Shown: positions 12,482 through 25,651 of the stretch, piece by piece
How positions within the stretch are numbered: the first letter of the stretch is position 1
Layout: each line of letters starts with the position of its first letter
NCBI GenBank assembly: GCA_013239625.1
Contig: MU054391.1
Coordinates: 6,469,824 to 6,533,823 of the forward strand
DNA length: 64,000 nt
Source of the DNA: Lama guanicoe
Taxonomy: Eukaryota
Direction of reading: 5' to 3'
Notes under the pieces: model-generated
Told to the model about the DNA's origin: nothing
What the model saw: only the letters and a program-made list of their open reading frames with translations
The model's database searches: none
Program-made: the position numbers and the translations under genes

Positions 12482-12579
12482 GGCCCCTTGCTCCGATGGC
12501 TCAAGGTGAACTTCAGTGAAGCCTTTATCGCCTGGATCCACATCAAGGCGTTGAGAGTGTTTGTGGAGTCCGTGCTCAG
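12482..12579 (+). CDS. ATP6V1C2: ATP6V1C2 coding exon (exon 12)
   Basis: ctgcag|GGC...CTCAG|gtgcgt; [32 protein letters not shown](R), the hallmark V-ATPase C motif. Confidence 0.98.
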
Positions 12580-15500
12580 GTGCGTGGAGGAGATGTCCGT
12601 CCTGGGCTGTCCTGCAGCGGGGAGGTCGGGAGGGGCCAGCCCTGGGGCCACTTGGGCTCTGCCTTCCCCCTTCTGGCCCCTCCAGCCTCCTCTAGGACAT
12701 GCCCTGGCCGTCCTGCCCTCTTCCTCCACTCCTTCTGGCTCTTGGCAACAGGCTTAGGGTTTGCTGAGTCAAGTTAACCTTCCCTCAGCCCTGAGGCCCC
12801 CTGCTGTCCGGTGCTCTGTGCAGCCTTCTAGGGCCCAGTGGCTCTTGGAAGAAACACCAGCACTGTCTCTGTCCTGGACCTTTGACGCCCAGCCCTCATG
12901 ACAGCACAAAACTAAACCCAAACCCAACCCAACCCACAACACAACTTGTTTTACCTTTTTTTTTTTAACAAAAATTTGCTGTGGGAAACTTAGAAACAAT
13001 AGATAAGCAAAAAGGATGAATAAAAATCACCTGTAACTTTAACACCAAGAGGAAATACTGCTAGCGGGCTGGAGTTACTAGCATCTTTCAGATTTGTGTT
13101 TTTGAATTTATAGCTAATGCATACTTTTTACTAAATTTCTACAAAAATGGAATCAAGCAGGAAATATTTTTTGAAGCCTGCTTTCTACTGTGTTTGAACA
13201 TGTCCTGTGTCCTGAACATGTCCTGGGGGGTCCTGGCTGCCCCCTCCTCCTGCTTGGCCTGCTCCCGCCCTCAGGCTCCAGGCTCCTCCACCCTCGGCCC
13301 CTCTGGGGTGGTCTCGCTGGCCCCTTCCCCAGCACCCCTGACTCAGTTCCCCTCCCACCACCTCCCCGGTCAACTCCCCTGCTCTCGCTTTCCCGCCAGG
13401 GCTTCCTGGCCTCCCTCTGCCATTCCTTCTCCTTGCAGAGGCTTCACCCAGATACTGGCTCCTCTCCCTCCTGGCCCCTCCCTCCTTCCTCCCTGCTTCT
13501 GCCTGTGCCCTCACGCCCTTCCCCAAAACTCAGGGCCTGCGTGGGGGCCTCTGCTCTCTCATCCTCAGATCCTCCTCCCTCCCCCTGCTACCCTCCATCC
13601 CTGGCGGGCCTGCCATCCTGCCTTTGTTCTCTCTCTTCCCCCTCTCCTGTCTCACCTGCCTGGCTGTTGCCAAAGGCTCTTACCTGGTCCTCTGTTTCTG
13701 TCCTTCACATGGCTGCCAATGTGGTTTTGTCTAAACACAGACCAGGTCTGACCAGCACTTCTCATCACCCCCCTCGCCAGACACGTCTAATGGCAAGAAT
13801 CATGGCATTAGGCTGAAAGACGCACTCAAGATAACTTGGAATGTTCTAGCCATTGACAGTATAGGAGGGCCCGACTGTCCCTGCCCACCTGAAAAATCAG
13901 TGGTCCTCAGGCCCCATGCTGCACAGCCTGCCCATCCTTACGGTTGTCCATTTTGCTCAAGAGACAGGTCAAGATGGATGTCCTTAGTATCTTTTTTAAG
14001 CTTGATAAAACTGAGTATTTCCCTTAAAAGTATAGGCAGAAATAGTTTTGAAAAGAATTATCAATATATGACATTTTTAAAAACCATATTTTTATTTTTC
14101 TTAAATAGAGTTGTAATACATGAACACAGTAAGATAAAAAAAATTCAAGTACAGAAATATATACTAGGGAAAGTAAGAGTTCCTTGCAGTCCCATTGCCC
14201 ATAGGTAATCCTGGTTAATTGTTTCTACTCTTCTCATCCCCCAAGTGGGATCATTTATACTTACTGTTCTGCAACTTGCTTTTTTCATCTGCTTTGCATT
14301 ATAGCCTCATCAGTACGCATAGAGCTACCTGATCCTTTTTTTTTTTTTAATGGTTTTTCCATATTCCATCCTATGGAGAGAACATAATCTAAGAAAATAG
14401 ATGTTAACCCAGCACGCTGATTAGAGCAGACAGGTGAAGTTCGCCTGTGTCTCGGTTCCTCTGACCACCGCCCCCCATCAGTCTTTGCCCCCAGTTAGCA
14501 CTTACACTGAGAGCTGAAGCGGTGGGGAGGGAGGGGAGGGCTGGGGCTGACTCGCCTCTGCCTCTGTCCCCCAGCCCGGACTCAGAGTGGGTGCTCAATG
14601 TTTGTGGACTGAATAAAATCAGAGAGAAGTGGACCAGCCCTCAGTTGAGGAAGTGCTAGTTCGTTCTCAGGGTGAAGCTTAAATCACCCAAGAGAATGGA
14701 AACGGGCCCCAGGTGAGTGGTTGGGCCACGAGACTGGGGAAGCTGGCCAGGCAGCTGGGCAATAGTCTGGATCTTGGGAGAGGTCTTGGGGCAGAACAGG
14801 TAATAGGAAACCATCAGTGGTGACTGAGGTGCGTGGATGGGTTCACCTAGGGAGAGTCATTTACAGGGAACGTACCATAGGCGCATCTCACTGAGCCGAA
14901 CATTTAATGGGTGGAGGCAGAGGCCCGTGGGGAAATCAGTCGAGGCTGGAAGAGGGAGAGACGAGTGAGTCAAAGGGAGTGGAAGGTTAAGGCTTTACAC
15001 GTCTCTGGGATGGGGCCACTGGACAGTCATTGGTGTGAGAAGCCAGTGCAGTGGCTAAAAAAGACGAAAGACGCTGTATATTCTCAAATGTGGGATGAGA
15101 GCAGGAGGGGGTTGAGGAAGTTTTCATTTTAAACAGGGCACGATGGGGACATGTCAAAGGGGAGGGGACAGCAGTCGAGGAAGCCTGAAGGAGGGTGATG
15201 GCTGCGGTATTCTCAGTACGGAGGGGTGCAGGGCTCCCCACCAGTGATCTCTCCTGAGTCCCAGAGGGAGAGCACGGGGGCGGGGCTGGAGGAGAAAGGA
15301 GCGGGGAGAGCCAGCCCCGCTTCTGGAAGGCATGTTCAGAGTGTAGTGGAGAAGGCTTTCCTCTACATCAGTCCAGAGGGAGAGTCAGCAGGGAAAGACT
15401 GGAAGGTTCTGGGAAGAATGTGGGAACTCTGAGGGGGTTCCACTCCAGAGGGGAGTGGGCTGAAAGGGGTCCAGGGCGTGGAGGCGGGTGAAGGGACGAG

Positions 15501-17099
15501 AGGCACTGACTTAGTGTTGATTAAGGCGTGGCTCTTATTTGCCAGGCTCCGGGGATACAGCGGTGAACAAGATGCCAGCGGGAAGGAGCTCACAGGCTGG
15601 GCAGGGGAGGAGAGCACAGAGGCGGGGTCCTTGTTCAGAAGGATAAACTACCTTCCAGAGCAACTTGGCAGTGACCGTAGGGGGATGACCAGGTTGGAGG
15701 ACGGCAATAGAGTGGCGACAGAGGAAGGTTTTGAGTGCGGGCAGCGGAGCGATGGTCTAGCAGTTGCGTCTGGGAGCTAGAATGCCCGTCTCCTGACATA
15801 CATGCTGACCAGGGTGTGGGATCCGTGGCCATCTTCCTTTGAGAAGGCTGCAAGGTTGTTCCTCCGACTTCCGTGGTGAGCAGGGAGAGAGCTGCTCTGC
15901 TGAGGTGGAGGGGGGTGGGTGGGTTCCCAGAGCACTGGGAGTTGGGGTAGGAAGTTCAGGAGAGAAGGCAGGGCGAGGTGACTGCTCATTCAGGTATTAG
16001 GGGCTCTCCAGTAATCCAGACGACCGCTGCTTTGTTCCACGGGGAACAGCAGAGCTTTGATGATAAAAGATGGGAACAAAGAAGGAATGAGGGTGGTTGG
16101 CTGGGCCATCCTCTCAGCCACGATCTAGCCCAAGTGCCCCTGCCCTGGGCACATCTGGGCACTGGTTTAGCTGGGGTCCCATTGATCCCCCTCACCCAGG
16201 GTTCTAGACACCACCACTAGGTAGGTCTTAGTGCTTGGGTACAGTGAAGCCCTTTCACATTTACTTCGCCTTTCTTCAGATCCGCTAGGAGACCTCAGGA
16301 TTTTAGTGAACACTTTGCCCCATTAGCAGCCAGAAGTGAGACTGAGAAGCCAGGGGCTAACTTATGGGCACTGATGGTGAAATAAAAACTAAGTAATACT
16401 AACAGGCCAGGCAGTAAAGGGCATCTCAAGGACAGGTCACATGCCCAGCTTGGGCACGCAGCAGCGTGCGTGGTAGGTACTGAACACCCAAGATCTGTTC
16501 ACTGATAGTGTATTTTTGAAAAAAACACTGACAATCACAAAACACATGTTTACTATTTATATAGTATTCAGTGTAAATATTTCAACTGTTTTGAGATACC
16601 ACCACGGGAATGGCTGTAAGTGGTTTCAAAGGTACTCAGGCATACAAAGTCCCTTTAAAGCCCTTTCCATCCGCTCAAAGCTCAGGATAGGGAATAATCT
16701 TGATAAACCACTTTTTTCTTTTTTGGGGGGGATGGGTTGTTCTGCTGCAGAGAAATCAATCAGCTAAGCTGACTTTTAGACAAATGCTTTGGAGTCAGAA
16801 TTTAGTCCAACGGCCTCATTCAACTCGAGCCCTCACCACCTGATGATCACACACCAGGGGGGCCCTCTTGGCTCTGGAGTCAAAATCTATCACAAGTGGT
16901 TAGTGTGTTCTAGAGTTTCCCATGCAGAAAAGATCTAGTAATTAGTCCCACTTCTGACTCAGTATTTCACTCAACTGAGGTTTCTTTCCCTCAGCTATAT
17001 TGGCTGAAGTTTTTCGTTCTTAATGGAGCCAACTCTCAGGTTCACTTTACCCACATTTACACTTGCAGTAACATTTACACACTTTCTCTATCCGAACAG

Positions 17100-17232
17100 G
17101 TATGGGCTGCCAGTCAACTTCCAGGCGGTGCTCCTCCAGCCTCATAAGAAGTCATCCACCAAACGTTTAAGAGAGGTTCTGAACTCTGTCTTCAGACATC
17201 TGGATGAAGTAGCAGCTGCAAGTATATTGGAT
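17100..17232 (+). CDS. ATP6V1C2: ATP6V1C2 coding exon (exon 13)
   Basis: aacag|G...TTGGAT|gtaggt; [44 protein letters not shown]. Confidence 0.97.
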
Positions 17233-17510
17233 GTAGGTATATTATCCAGAAAAAGCTGTTTTTCTACAGTAAGGTCAGCCTCTCTACATGGGAGTTACTT
17301 TCCAAAAGTGTACGTGCCAGACTGTCATGGAAATCTACGCTTCGCAAACAAAAGTTTAACAGGAAGTCGGGGCGTTTTTTTTGGGGGGGGGAAGCGGTTT
17401 GCTGCGGGAAGGCAGGCACGGCGTGGGGCAGGAAATCCGGTCAGTGCCTAGAGCTTCCTCCGACAGAGACAAGTTTATGCGCTGTGAACATGACGGTGTC
17501 TTCTTTGTAG

Positions 17511-17600
17511 GCATCCGTGGAGATCCCTGGATTGCAACTCAGCAACCAAGACTACTTTCCTTACGTCTATTTCCACATTGACCTCAGTCTCCTTGACTAG
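17511..17600 (+). CDS. ATP6V1C2: ATP6V1C2 last coding exon (exon 14) with stop
   Basis: ttgtag|GCA...GAC TAG; ASVEIPGLQLSNQDYFPYVYFHIDLSLLD*; the nine exons sum to 906 nt in frame. Confidence 0.97.
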   Translation, partial: ASVEIPGLQLSNQDYFPYVYFHIDLSLLD

Positions 17601-17744
17601 GAAGGTGGGCCGGTGCCACTGCACATCCCCGCAAATGCTGCTTCCCTTCAGCCAGAGAGCACCTCAAGTATCCTAAGGAATTTAGATTTTTAGAGAAACT
17701 GCTCACAAAATTAGTTACAGTTGTATTTATTTTTTTTAAGTTAC

Positions 17745-17750
17745 AATAAA
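17745..17750 (+). terminator. ATP6V1C2: Probable ATP6V1C2 proximal poly(A) signal AATAAA
   Basis: First AATAAA after the stop codon (~145 nt downstream), followed by T/GT-rich sequence. Confidence 0.7.
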
Positions 17751-18248
17751 AGAAATGTTCTCAGTCCTCTGAACTGTCTGTTCACTCATATTCTAACATA
17801 ATTCAAAACTTCAATTTTCTGAATGTTTTACACAAATGGGGACCTCTCATAAATTGGTAACCTGCTGTGGTATTTCACGTCTTAGTGAAAGACACATCTG
17901 AATGCTTTGTGAGGGTTTAGTAACAACACTGAAAACCTCAGACTAAGTGCATAACCAGCTGTCCTCCCCGGCAGTCACTGGGGACGGCCTGGAGACAGAA
18001 TACTGGGCATGGACTGCAGTTCTCACTTGACAATCCATTGTTTTCATCCTTCTGTGTAAACTCGATTTACAGTTCACACTTTCAGGTGGGACTCAGCCTT
18101 GCAGGACACATGTAAACTATGTGTGGGGACACAGACATCCGATGGTGTCCTGTGAACCAGTTTACAAGGAGAGGTCACCCTTTCATAGTATTACTTTATG
18201 GCTAAATACCAGAATCTGAATTTATGATGTGGACACTAATTTCATACA

Positions 18249-18287
18249 TTTATTGGCATTGTCCAAAATATTGTTTTATTCTTTAAT
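18249..18287 (-). terminator. PDIA6: Probable PDIA6 proximal poly(A) signal cluster
   Basis: tttatt at 18249-18254 and 18275-18280 plus tttaat at 18282-18287 (AATAAA/ATTAAA on -), ~370-400 nt after the stop. Confidence 0.7.
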
Positions 18288-18649
18288 GGAAAAAAGCCAT
18301 TAATATTCAAATGAAAGGATCACATTAAAAAACTCATGTGTAAGAAACAGCCTCCAAGAACATTCAAGCAGCGGTCAGAGGGAGGGAAAACCATTTCAAG
18401 AGCCCATCAGCTTTCTTCAAAACACTACCTAACAAAATACAACCCAATTCGCTGGCTACAATTCATAGAATTTTTCACTGTTTTCTTGAGATGCAAAAGT
18501 TCACCACTGCAGTGTTTTCAAATGACCAATCAAGTGCTACTTCTTGGTTAAAAAGGCCACTGGTAGATTCATCTGATTGTAAAGAATGTTCCTGCACTGC
18601 TGGAAAATCCGCTCCCAAGAAAAGGAAACTGAGGTCTGTGTTGAACCTC

Positions 18650-18718
18650 TCACAACTCATCTTTCTCCAAGTCGTCCAGCTCCACATCACTCAGATCAAT
18701 GTCGTCTTCCACGGGAAG
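18650..18718 (-). CDS. PDIA6: Protein disulfide isomerase A6 (P5), exon 13 with KDEL and stop
   Basis: cacag|CTT...TGA; LPVEDDIDLSDVELDDLEKDEL*. Confidence 0.98.
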   Translation of the reverse strand, partial: LPVEDDIDLSDVELDDLEKDEL

Positions 18719-19305
18719 CTGTGAGACAGAAAAGCACCATCAGGTCCTGCAGGGTCCACACAGGATCACAGAGAGGGCTTCCCCGAGGTTCAAGGTCTCA
18801 CTTTACAGAGCTGTACATTTCTAGAGATGCTCTGATCACAACAGCTTCTCCCCAATCCAGCCCCTGCTTTTAACTTTGCCCATTATTATATAGACAGAAA
18901 ACCAACAGCTGTTTAACTGTCCTTTTGAAGCACACGAGAATAAATGCGAATTTCAAAGCTATAACTTTACATTTCTCTCAAAGTAAATGAATTCCACGTT
19001 AAACATTCATCAGGGGCAACAGTCAGGAAAGCAACCTCGCAGAAATTTTTCTTGGTGGCCTCTGTCGTGAGTGCCTGACGCCACGCAGCACTCTGTAACA
19101 GGAGGATGGGATGAAGGGCCTTGAGAGCAAGAACCTCCCGAAAGGCCTGGAAGGTTCATACTTCAGGTTTATGCTCAAATCAAGGCTTAGGTCTGATGGA
19201 AAGGTCTTGGTTCACAAGTAGTAAAGGTGCACAGGGGCTGGGAAAGTGGAAGAGGCTGGACCAGAGCCCCAGCAAGCCCCAGCGAGCCTCCGGTCCCAGA
19301 CTCAC

Positions 19306-19402
19306 CTCGCCGTCCTTGCCGTCCCAGGGCTCCCTGGTGCTGATGGCAGGGAAAGCCCCGCCTCCCACAGGTGCTGTGGACCCACGCCCGAAAGACAGCT
19401 CC
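19306..19402 (-). CDS. PDIA6: PDIA6 exon 12
   Basis: ctaag|G...GAG|gtgagt; [32 protein letters not shown]. Confidence 0.97.
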
Positions 19403-20230
19403 CTTAGGGGAAGTGAGCAGAGCATGTGTTAACAATGCACCATTGATGCAGATGAAGAAACAACCTTTTAAAAATAACAATTTGTCTATTATGTTTGCAT
19501 AGAGGCATTTTTTACCTCCTGCTCCTGAAAAAAACTTAGTGAATAGTATAATCTTTTCAATCAGGGACAACAATATAACCGTATAACAATATAACGAAGT
19601 TCCTGATGAAGGCCTTGGCAGCAGATAGAGCCGGTTACTACCAATAATTAAAAAACTAGCAACCACATTTTGCTAAAATACAAATCAATTATGTAAAAAC
19701 TGTCAAAGTTAATGGAGAACATGGGTAAGACCAACACTAACACTTGGTTAACAAACTTCCACACTAACTTAAGATCCCAGGAAGGCTTTTTGAAAGATGG
19801 TGTCTTAAAAAAAAAATCCTTTCCCTCAGACTTCTGACAGTAAGCCGAAGCACTCAGAACCCGCCCGCAGGCACCAGGTGGTGGCAGACTCTCCCACACG
19901 GCAAGCCTTAACACAGAAGAGTTACACTGTGAAACAGCGTGTTAGGTTTTGAATCTGGCGGGTACTGCAGACACTGCGCTGGGAGATACAGCGGCCATCA
20001 CTGGACGGTGAATAAGGCTTCTTTCATAAGAGGAGCCTCCAAGTACCCTCTGGTGCAGGGCACTGAGAATATGAGTGGAAGAAAAAAACCCAAACAGGAC
20101 ATCAAGCTTCACAGACTGCCCTCAACTTAAGAAGCACTGATACACGTTGTAAAATATGCAAAGTAGCCAAAAGCAGTGATAAAATTACCTAGTTTTCCCA
20201 CCATGCAAAGTAACTGTCAAACACATATAG

Positions 20231-20419
20231 GTGCCCCAGGGGACATTTGGCAATGTCTGGAGACATTTTAGATTGTCACAACTCTGGGCATGTGCATGTA
20301 TACGCATGCACTACTGGCATCTCGGGGTTGAGGCTAGGGAAACTATTAAACATCCCATAATGCACAGGACAAAGAACTGTTTGGCCCCAAACATCAAGAG
20401 GGGAAACGCTGAGAAACCT
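20231..20419 (+). mobile_element. MER20 (hAT-Charlie) DNA transposon fragment
   Basis: ccccaggggacatttggcaatgtctggagacatttt...tgcacaggaca...gctgagaaacct matches the MER20 pattern. Confidence 0.8.
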
Positions 20420-22573
20420 CAAGGGACACTTATCAGTTACAATCAGAAAACAGGATTATAAAGATGTAAAAAGCACTTTACCGCCATTCCCTGAACTGCT
20501 GTATAGGCAGAACAGAGTGTTGAGCATAAGTTGGACCTGTGTCTCATGCAGTTGGATACCTGAACTAGAAAAAGTGGCTCAACTCACTAGGAAAAGGCAC
20601 TGGCCAATGTGGGCTCTGGTTACGTGGGAAGTATAAACCCATGTCTCTTAAAAAGTCACTGGTTCTACTTTTTACTAGTTTTGCATCCTTAGTTGGGCTG
20701 TTTATCATCTCTGGGCAACAGCTTCTTCACCAAGAAAAGGCCAAGATACATCTGCTACTGGACATTTGGATGAGACTGGTGCTCAAAAAAAGAAAAGAAA
20801 AGTAGTTTCCCACTTAATGTCAGTAGCAAAAGCAAACAAAGACTAGAGCAAAGATGTCAAACTTTTACAAAGGAACAAAATCCTGAGGGCAGAGTTCAAT
20901 CATCGGTTTAAAAAAAAAAACTTTTTTATAGCTCAATTATGCTTCTGCCGTATGACACCATTTTCTTTTTCGGTTAAATGCTAACGGACCCCTCTTCCAA
21001 TTTCTCTTCCTCTTTTCTAATTTTCTGAAGCCCAAAGGACCAGGCTACTGCTTTCAAACAACTGGACAGCCACAAATGCACAGACAACTCAAGTCCTTTC
21101 TTCACTTCTCGAGGTATAACGAACAGCTGCACACTTGCACTCTCTGGCTAATGCTCCAAGAGGAACATAACATGATTTGTTTCAGGAAAGATGCAGAAAT
21201 CACTAATGTCATCTTGGGGTGACCACAGTATTTAACTGCTGCCCCGACTTTTATAAATTGTTTAGCTTCAGTTACTGCTGACTTCTTCGAGTTGTCTCAC
21301 AACCTGCACATCTGCCCCAATGGGTTTTGTCTTTGGTCTTCTAACAGCCACGCAGAACGCGGCATGTGTGTGGCTTTTCAAGTATGCGCGCCGGTGCCTC
21401 CCACCACCAGGCAGTTGAGCCCCTAGCCAGGCCCAACCCCAGGTGGCTGGAAGCCGTCTCCTCACTGGTGATGTGCTCTGCATAAGTTCTGTCTTCTTAG
21501 AAACCAAGATTCGTATGTAGCTGGAAACAAGCATACTGCCACAAGTTTTGTTTCCTTCCTATTCATTACTGTATCTTTTCTCCACTGGTAATCTGGAATT
21601 TTCTGTTAACTTCAAGACACAACGTTTGAGAACCAGTGACCTGGATGATCTCAGGTTCACAACGTGTTATTGTTCTGGAAGCAGTCAGCTCCTCTGTACT
21701 CTGAGTCTAATCTCACTGGTACTCACTACTCTCATACACTCCTCTCAGGTTCTACCCTGGAATCGGCTGTTCAAACAGGATGAAGCACATCGTCTTCCTG
21801 CCAACGTCCCTGAGGGCAGGGATGCTTTTCCTAACTGAAATGAAATGGTTACAGAGACATGAAGTCATTCACTCATTCATAAAATATTTACCAAGAGTTT
21901 ATTATCAGCCAGGCTCTACAGTGGGGACTAGAAATGAAGTTTTGTGTAGAAGATTCACCTCTGTGGAACTCGGTTAACGTGAAAGAGGCATTCATCAAAT
22001 TACCACAAATCTAAGGAAAAGTACTGGGTTAATGGCTTCGATTTGCCTAAAAGATGATTAAGTCAGTTTTAGGAAGAGCTGAGCCGCAGAGCAGTTTAGA
22101 GAGCTCTATAAATCGGGTTTTGAGTCTGAGAAACTATCATATTGTTTGCACGTTGTTGGAGTCACAAGTAAGTACACTCTTCCAAACAACTAGATTCTAA
22201 AGCTTATGCCCAGAAGTGGAAACCATATCCCCTGAAGAAAGGGGTATAAAGCACACGAGGGAGGGAAGGGGTGAGACAGGGCCGCTCCCAGCCCACAAGG
22301 GACCTGTGTGGGAACGAGGACGAGCCCAATGCCAAGGGCACCAAATGGCAAGGAGCCCGAGGAGGAAAGCATTCGCATCACTCACTAAGCAGGACACTCC
22401 GTGGCACAGGAAGATGACATGACTCCAAAGTGCTAATTTATAAACATTCTCTGAAATGTCAAATACAATTTTACTCCATTTACGGCCTAGGCTACAGAAA
22501 CCTAGTTTAGAACCAATTACCACAACGGAACCAACCAAACCAAGCCAAACAACTCAAGAAAGCAAGAAATTAC

Positions 22574-22732
22574 CTGAGAAACTCATTAATGCCTTGCTCA
22601 CTGAAAGAGCCTTTGAGAAGAGCAAACTTCATCTTGCGCGCGTTAACAGCGGCCATGGCGGGGTAGCCGAACCCTCCGATCCCCAGCGCACTCTCCAGCT
22701 CCGACTGGGCTCCGGCTTCTGTCCACAGCCAC
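22574..22732 (-). CDS. PDIA6: PDIA6 exon 11
   Basis: cctag|G...CTCAG|gtaatt; [52 protein letters not shown]. Confidence 0.97.
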
Positions 22733-23759
22733 CTAGGGAAGCAGGCTGCTTTTTAGGGCAAAGATCCCTTTTGAATAAGCTAGAATCTAACTAGCAGATC
22801 TTAAAGAACTAAAGACTACAGGTCAAAGATTTTAGGGAATGAAATGGGTGTAGAAATAAATCAAAAACTAAGAATAAGTTTTTAAAAGAATGTGTTCCAG
22901 ATGTGCTCGTAACTAACTCCAGCTCCTCTCTTATGTTCCCCAAACCCTAACTCAGGAAGTCTCCAAAGTGGACCAGTCTACCTATAAGACAGTTTTCCTT
23001 CCCAGTCACCAAAAGACTGTCCAATAAACCTGATGAATTTTCTGTCTTTGTTACCTGAAACCCTGCCAATACCATTTGGGTTATTATGCACGCTCTTTAG
23101 AAGTATAACAACTTCTTTTTAAAAGCTATGGATATGTTGATATTTAATACCTAAACATGCTCCACTAATTTCTTCCCTCTGCTTGTACAACAGTGAAGAA
23201 TAAAGAACCTGGCAACGCAGCCTTCTGCAGGCATACAATAAACATTTGCTGAACCAGAGGAGGCGGCTCAAGGTCACTCTGAGAGGGACAGCAGGGGCAC
23301 GAGGCACCTGGGACAGCAGTGGGTGCTGAGGATGTGGAGCAAAGGAGAAAGGAAAGGAAGTAAGAGACACACTTTGTTTTAAACATCTGCCTGTGTCCAG
23401 CCTCCCTCAGAAGAGTGTAAAGAAACATGCCTCTGCTTCTGCTTTTTCTAGCCTTCAAGGCCGTGCTAGAATTCAGCTATGTTACTAATTAAGTTTTTGC
23501 TTACTAGCCTGGGACCCCCCAACCACCATTCAAACGTGATTCCCCTGAGAGAAAGTATGCTGCTGTACGAGTGTGTTATAAAGAATAGATCTGCATTACT
23601 TCGTCTCCTCTTAGGTGATAATTATCTTTACATCTTAAAACACGCCAAAGTGAGCACAGGAGCCCAGCCTACTGAAAACACAGAGGAAACCAGACACCTC
23701 CAAGCAGCACTATACTCTCCTCTCCAAATGAGACTGAGACAGTACATTCAATAACTTAC

Positions 23760-23832
23760 CCCCACATTTTCTTTTTGTACTTGTCTGCCAACTTCAGAAG
23801 AACTTCCAAGTAAGAATTTCTGCCTGCAGCTC
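23760..23832 (-). CDS. PDIA6: PDIA6 exon 10
   Basis: atcag|GA...TGGGG|gtaagt; [23 protein letters not shown]. Confidence 0.97.
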
Positions 23833-23960
23833 CTGATTTAAACAGACAAAAAATTTTAAAGGTAAAAATAAAGGAGTTGGTGCAATTAATCCAGTTACTA
23901 AGTGTCTCAGATCAGGGAGCAGAGCCACTGACTGATGGGACATGAGCCCGCCCGTCGTAC

Positions 23961-24045
23961 CGGTATCGAGGATGTGGGGCAGGACGGCCACGACACAGAG
24001 CTGATGCTCCTCACATGTCTTCTTGGCCACGTCCTCATTGATGAT
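23961..24045 (-). CDS. PDIA6: PDIA6 exon 9
   Basis: cacag|ATC...ACCG|gtacga; [28 protein letters not shown]. Confidence 0.97.
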
Positions 24046-24825
24046 CTGTGGGACCCAAAGACAAGGGAGGTTGGAAGGCACGTGACACAAAGCCCAGGGG
24101 TTATTAGCTTGAGAACAAAGATTGAGCACATCACTTTCATTAAAGAGCAAAGTAACTCAAGAGCTGGATGAGGCTTCTCCCAAATCATACTTCCTGGTGC
24201 ACGCGACAGAAACACCAGCAGGAATGTTCTGTAAGGACTTCTGTTTCACTCCTCAGCCAGCCACCCGTGGTGGTGGTGAGGCATTTGCATTCACAGACGG
24301 TGTCTGGAATAAAAATGCCTGGCCAAAGCCTGGCTCTGACACTTAGTCGTTTACACAGATAAGAAAGACACATTTATACATATTACATATTTCCATGAAT
24401 TTGAGGCTCTCTGTGCCTGTTTCCCTACGTGTAAAATGGAGATTAAAAACAGGATCCACCTCGAAGTGTTCACGTGAGGACAAGAAGAGGAAACTCCACG
24501 CAAAAGCACCAGAACAGTGCTCGTTATGTGTTAGGTGCTCAGAACATGTTAGCTATATTTTGAGAACGATAAATAGAAGACGGGACCCATTCTTAGAATC
24601 TACACTTTTGCTCACAATGCAATTATTTTAGTACCAAAAGTTATGAAAAGCAGCAATTTAACAGGTAAGTTATCCCCACCTGAAAGTACAGAAAACTCTA
24701 GAGAGAGCATTTTAAAAGAGAAGAGAAAGAGCTAATTTGAAAAGACAAAAAGTATCACAACGGCTTTACCATCCTCGCTTTCCAGACGGAAAAGCTTCCC
24801 TCACTACCAGTGACCGAAGGTTTAC

Positions 24826-24966
24826 CTCAAGCAGCTCCGGAGGGGGCGCGTTATCAGAGAACAGATCAAGGGCCCGGGAGACGATGTCGGATCTCGTCCG
24901 CCCCCCATCATAATCCACAGGAGACTCGCCTTTCTGAAATATCTTGATTGTAGGAAATCCTCTAAT
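24826..24966 (-). CDS. PDIA6: PDIA6 exon 8
   Basis: aatag|ATT...GAG|gtaaac; [47 protein letters not shown]. Confidence 0.97.
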
Positions 24967-25501
24967 CTATTAAAAAAGAAAAGATCAGAGTATGAATCAA
25001 ATTAACATTAAATAAGAAATAAGACAATCTTTACGATTTCTGAAACTACCTTATCAGTAATTTCACGTAACAAAAACATCCCCCAGCCTGCATCAGTGTC
25101 CGAGGGACGACACACAGACGTCTGTTAATCAGGGGGTTGACCAGTCTCACTGCCAGGCTTAGCCAAATCTTATTCAAACCCTGGCTATGTACTCAATACA
25201 CTATATGTGCTCTAGAACACATGGACCCACTTCCAAAGCTGTATAAATAACTTGCAAAAGCTTGGGCTCTCACTAAACACAGTAAGTAGTGAGCTACTGA
25301 AAACAGAACAAAACCAAAAAACCCCCAACTGCCCTGAGTTTCAGACTTGTGAGTTGCGACAATAAAATAAACTTAATTGCTTCATTACAAAATGGCTAAA
25401 CATCCCCCCTCCACCTCCCAGGGAGGCTGGAGTATGGGATAAAGTAACAGTTGAAAATACAGTGTATTTCACAAAGAAGTTAGCCGTATCAGTACACTCA
25501 C

Positions 25502-25616
25502 CCCGTACCGGCTGGCTAGAACCTGGTTTACAGTGGCGTCCACGGCTGCGAGTTTCACTTTGCCTTTGGTTTGCTCTTTTACCTCTGTAGCTGCCGCAGC
25601 CCATTCTGGCTCTAAA
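25502..25616 (-). CDS. PDIA6: PDIA6 exon 7
   Basis: ctatag|T...GGG|gtgagt; [38 protein letters not shown]. Confidence 0.97.
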
Positions 25617-25651
25617 CTATAGAAAAATATCTGCTTTTTAAAAGCGTATTT

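Noticed and set aside
13190..13816. 208-aa and 185-aa Pro/Leu/Ser-rich ORFs
   Set aside because: Pyrimidine-rich low-complexity or degraded L2-like intronic sequence; the amino-acid composition follows from base bias.
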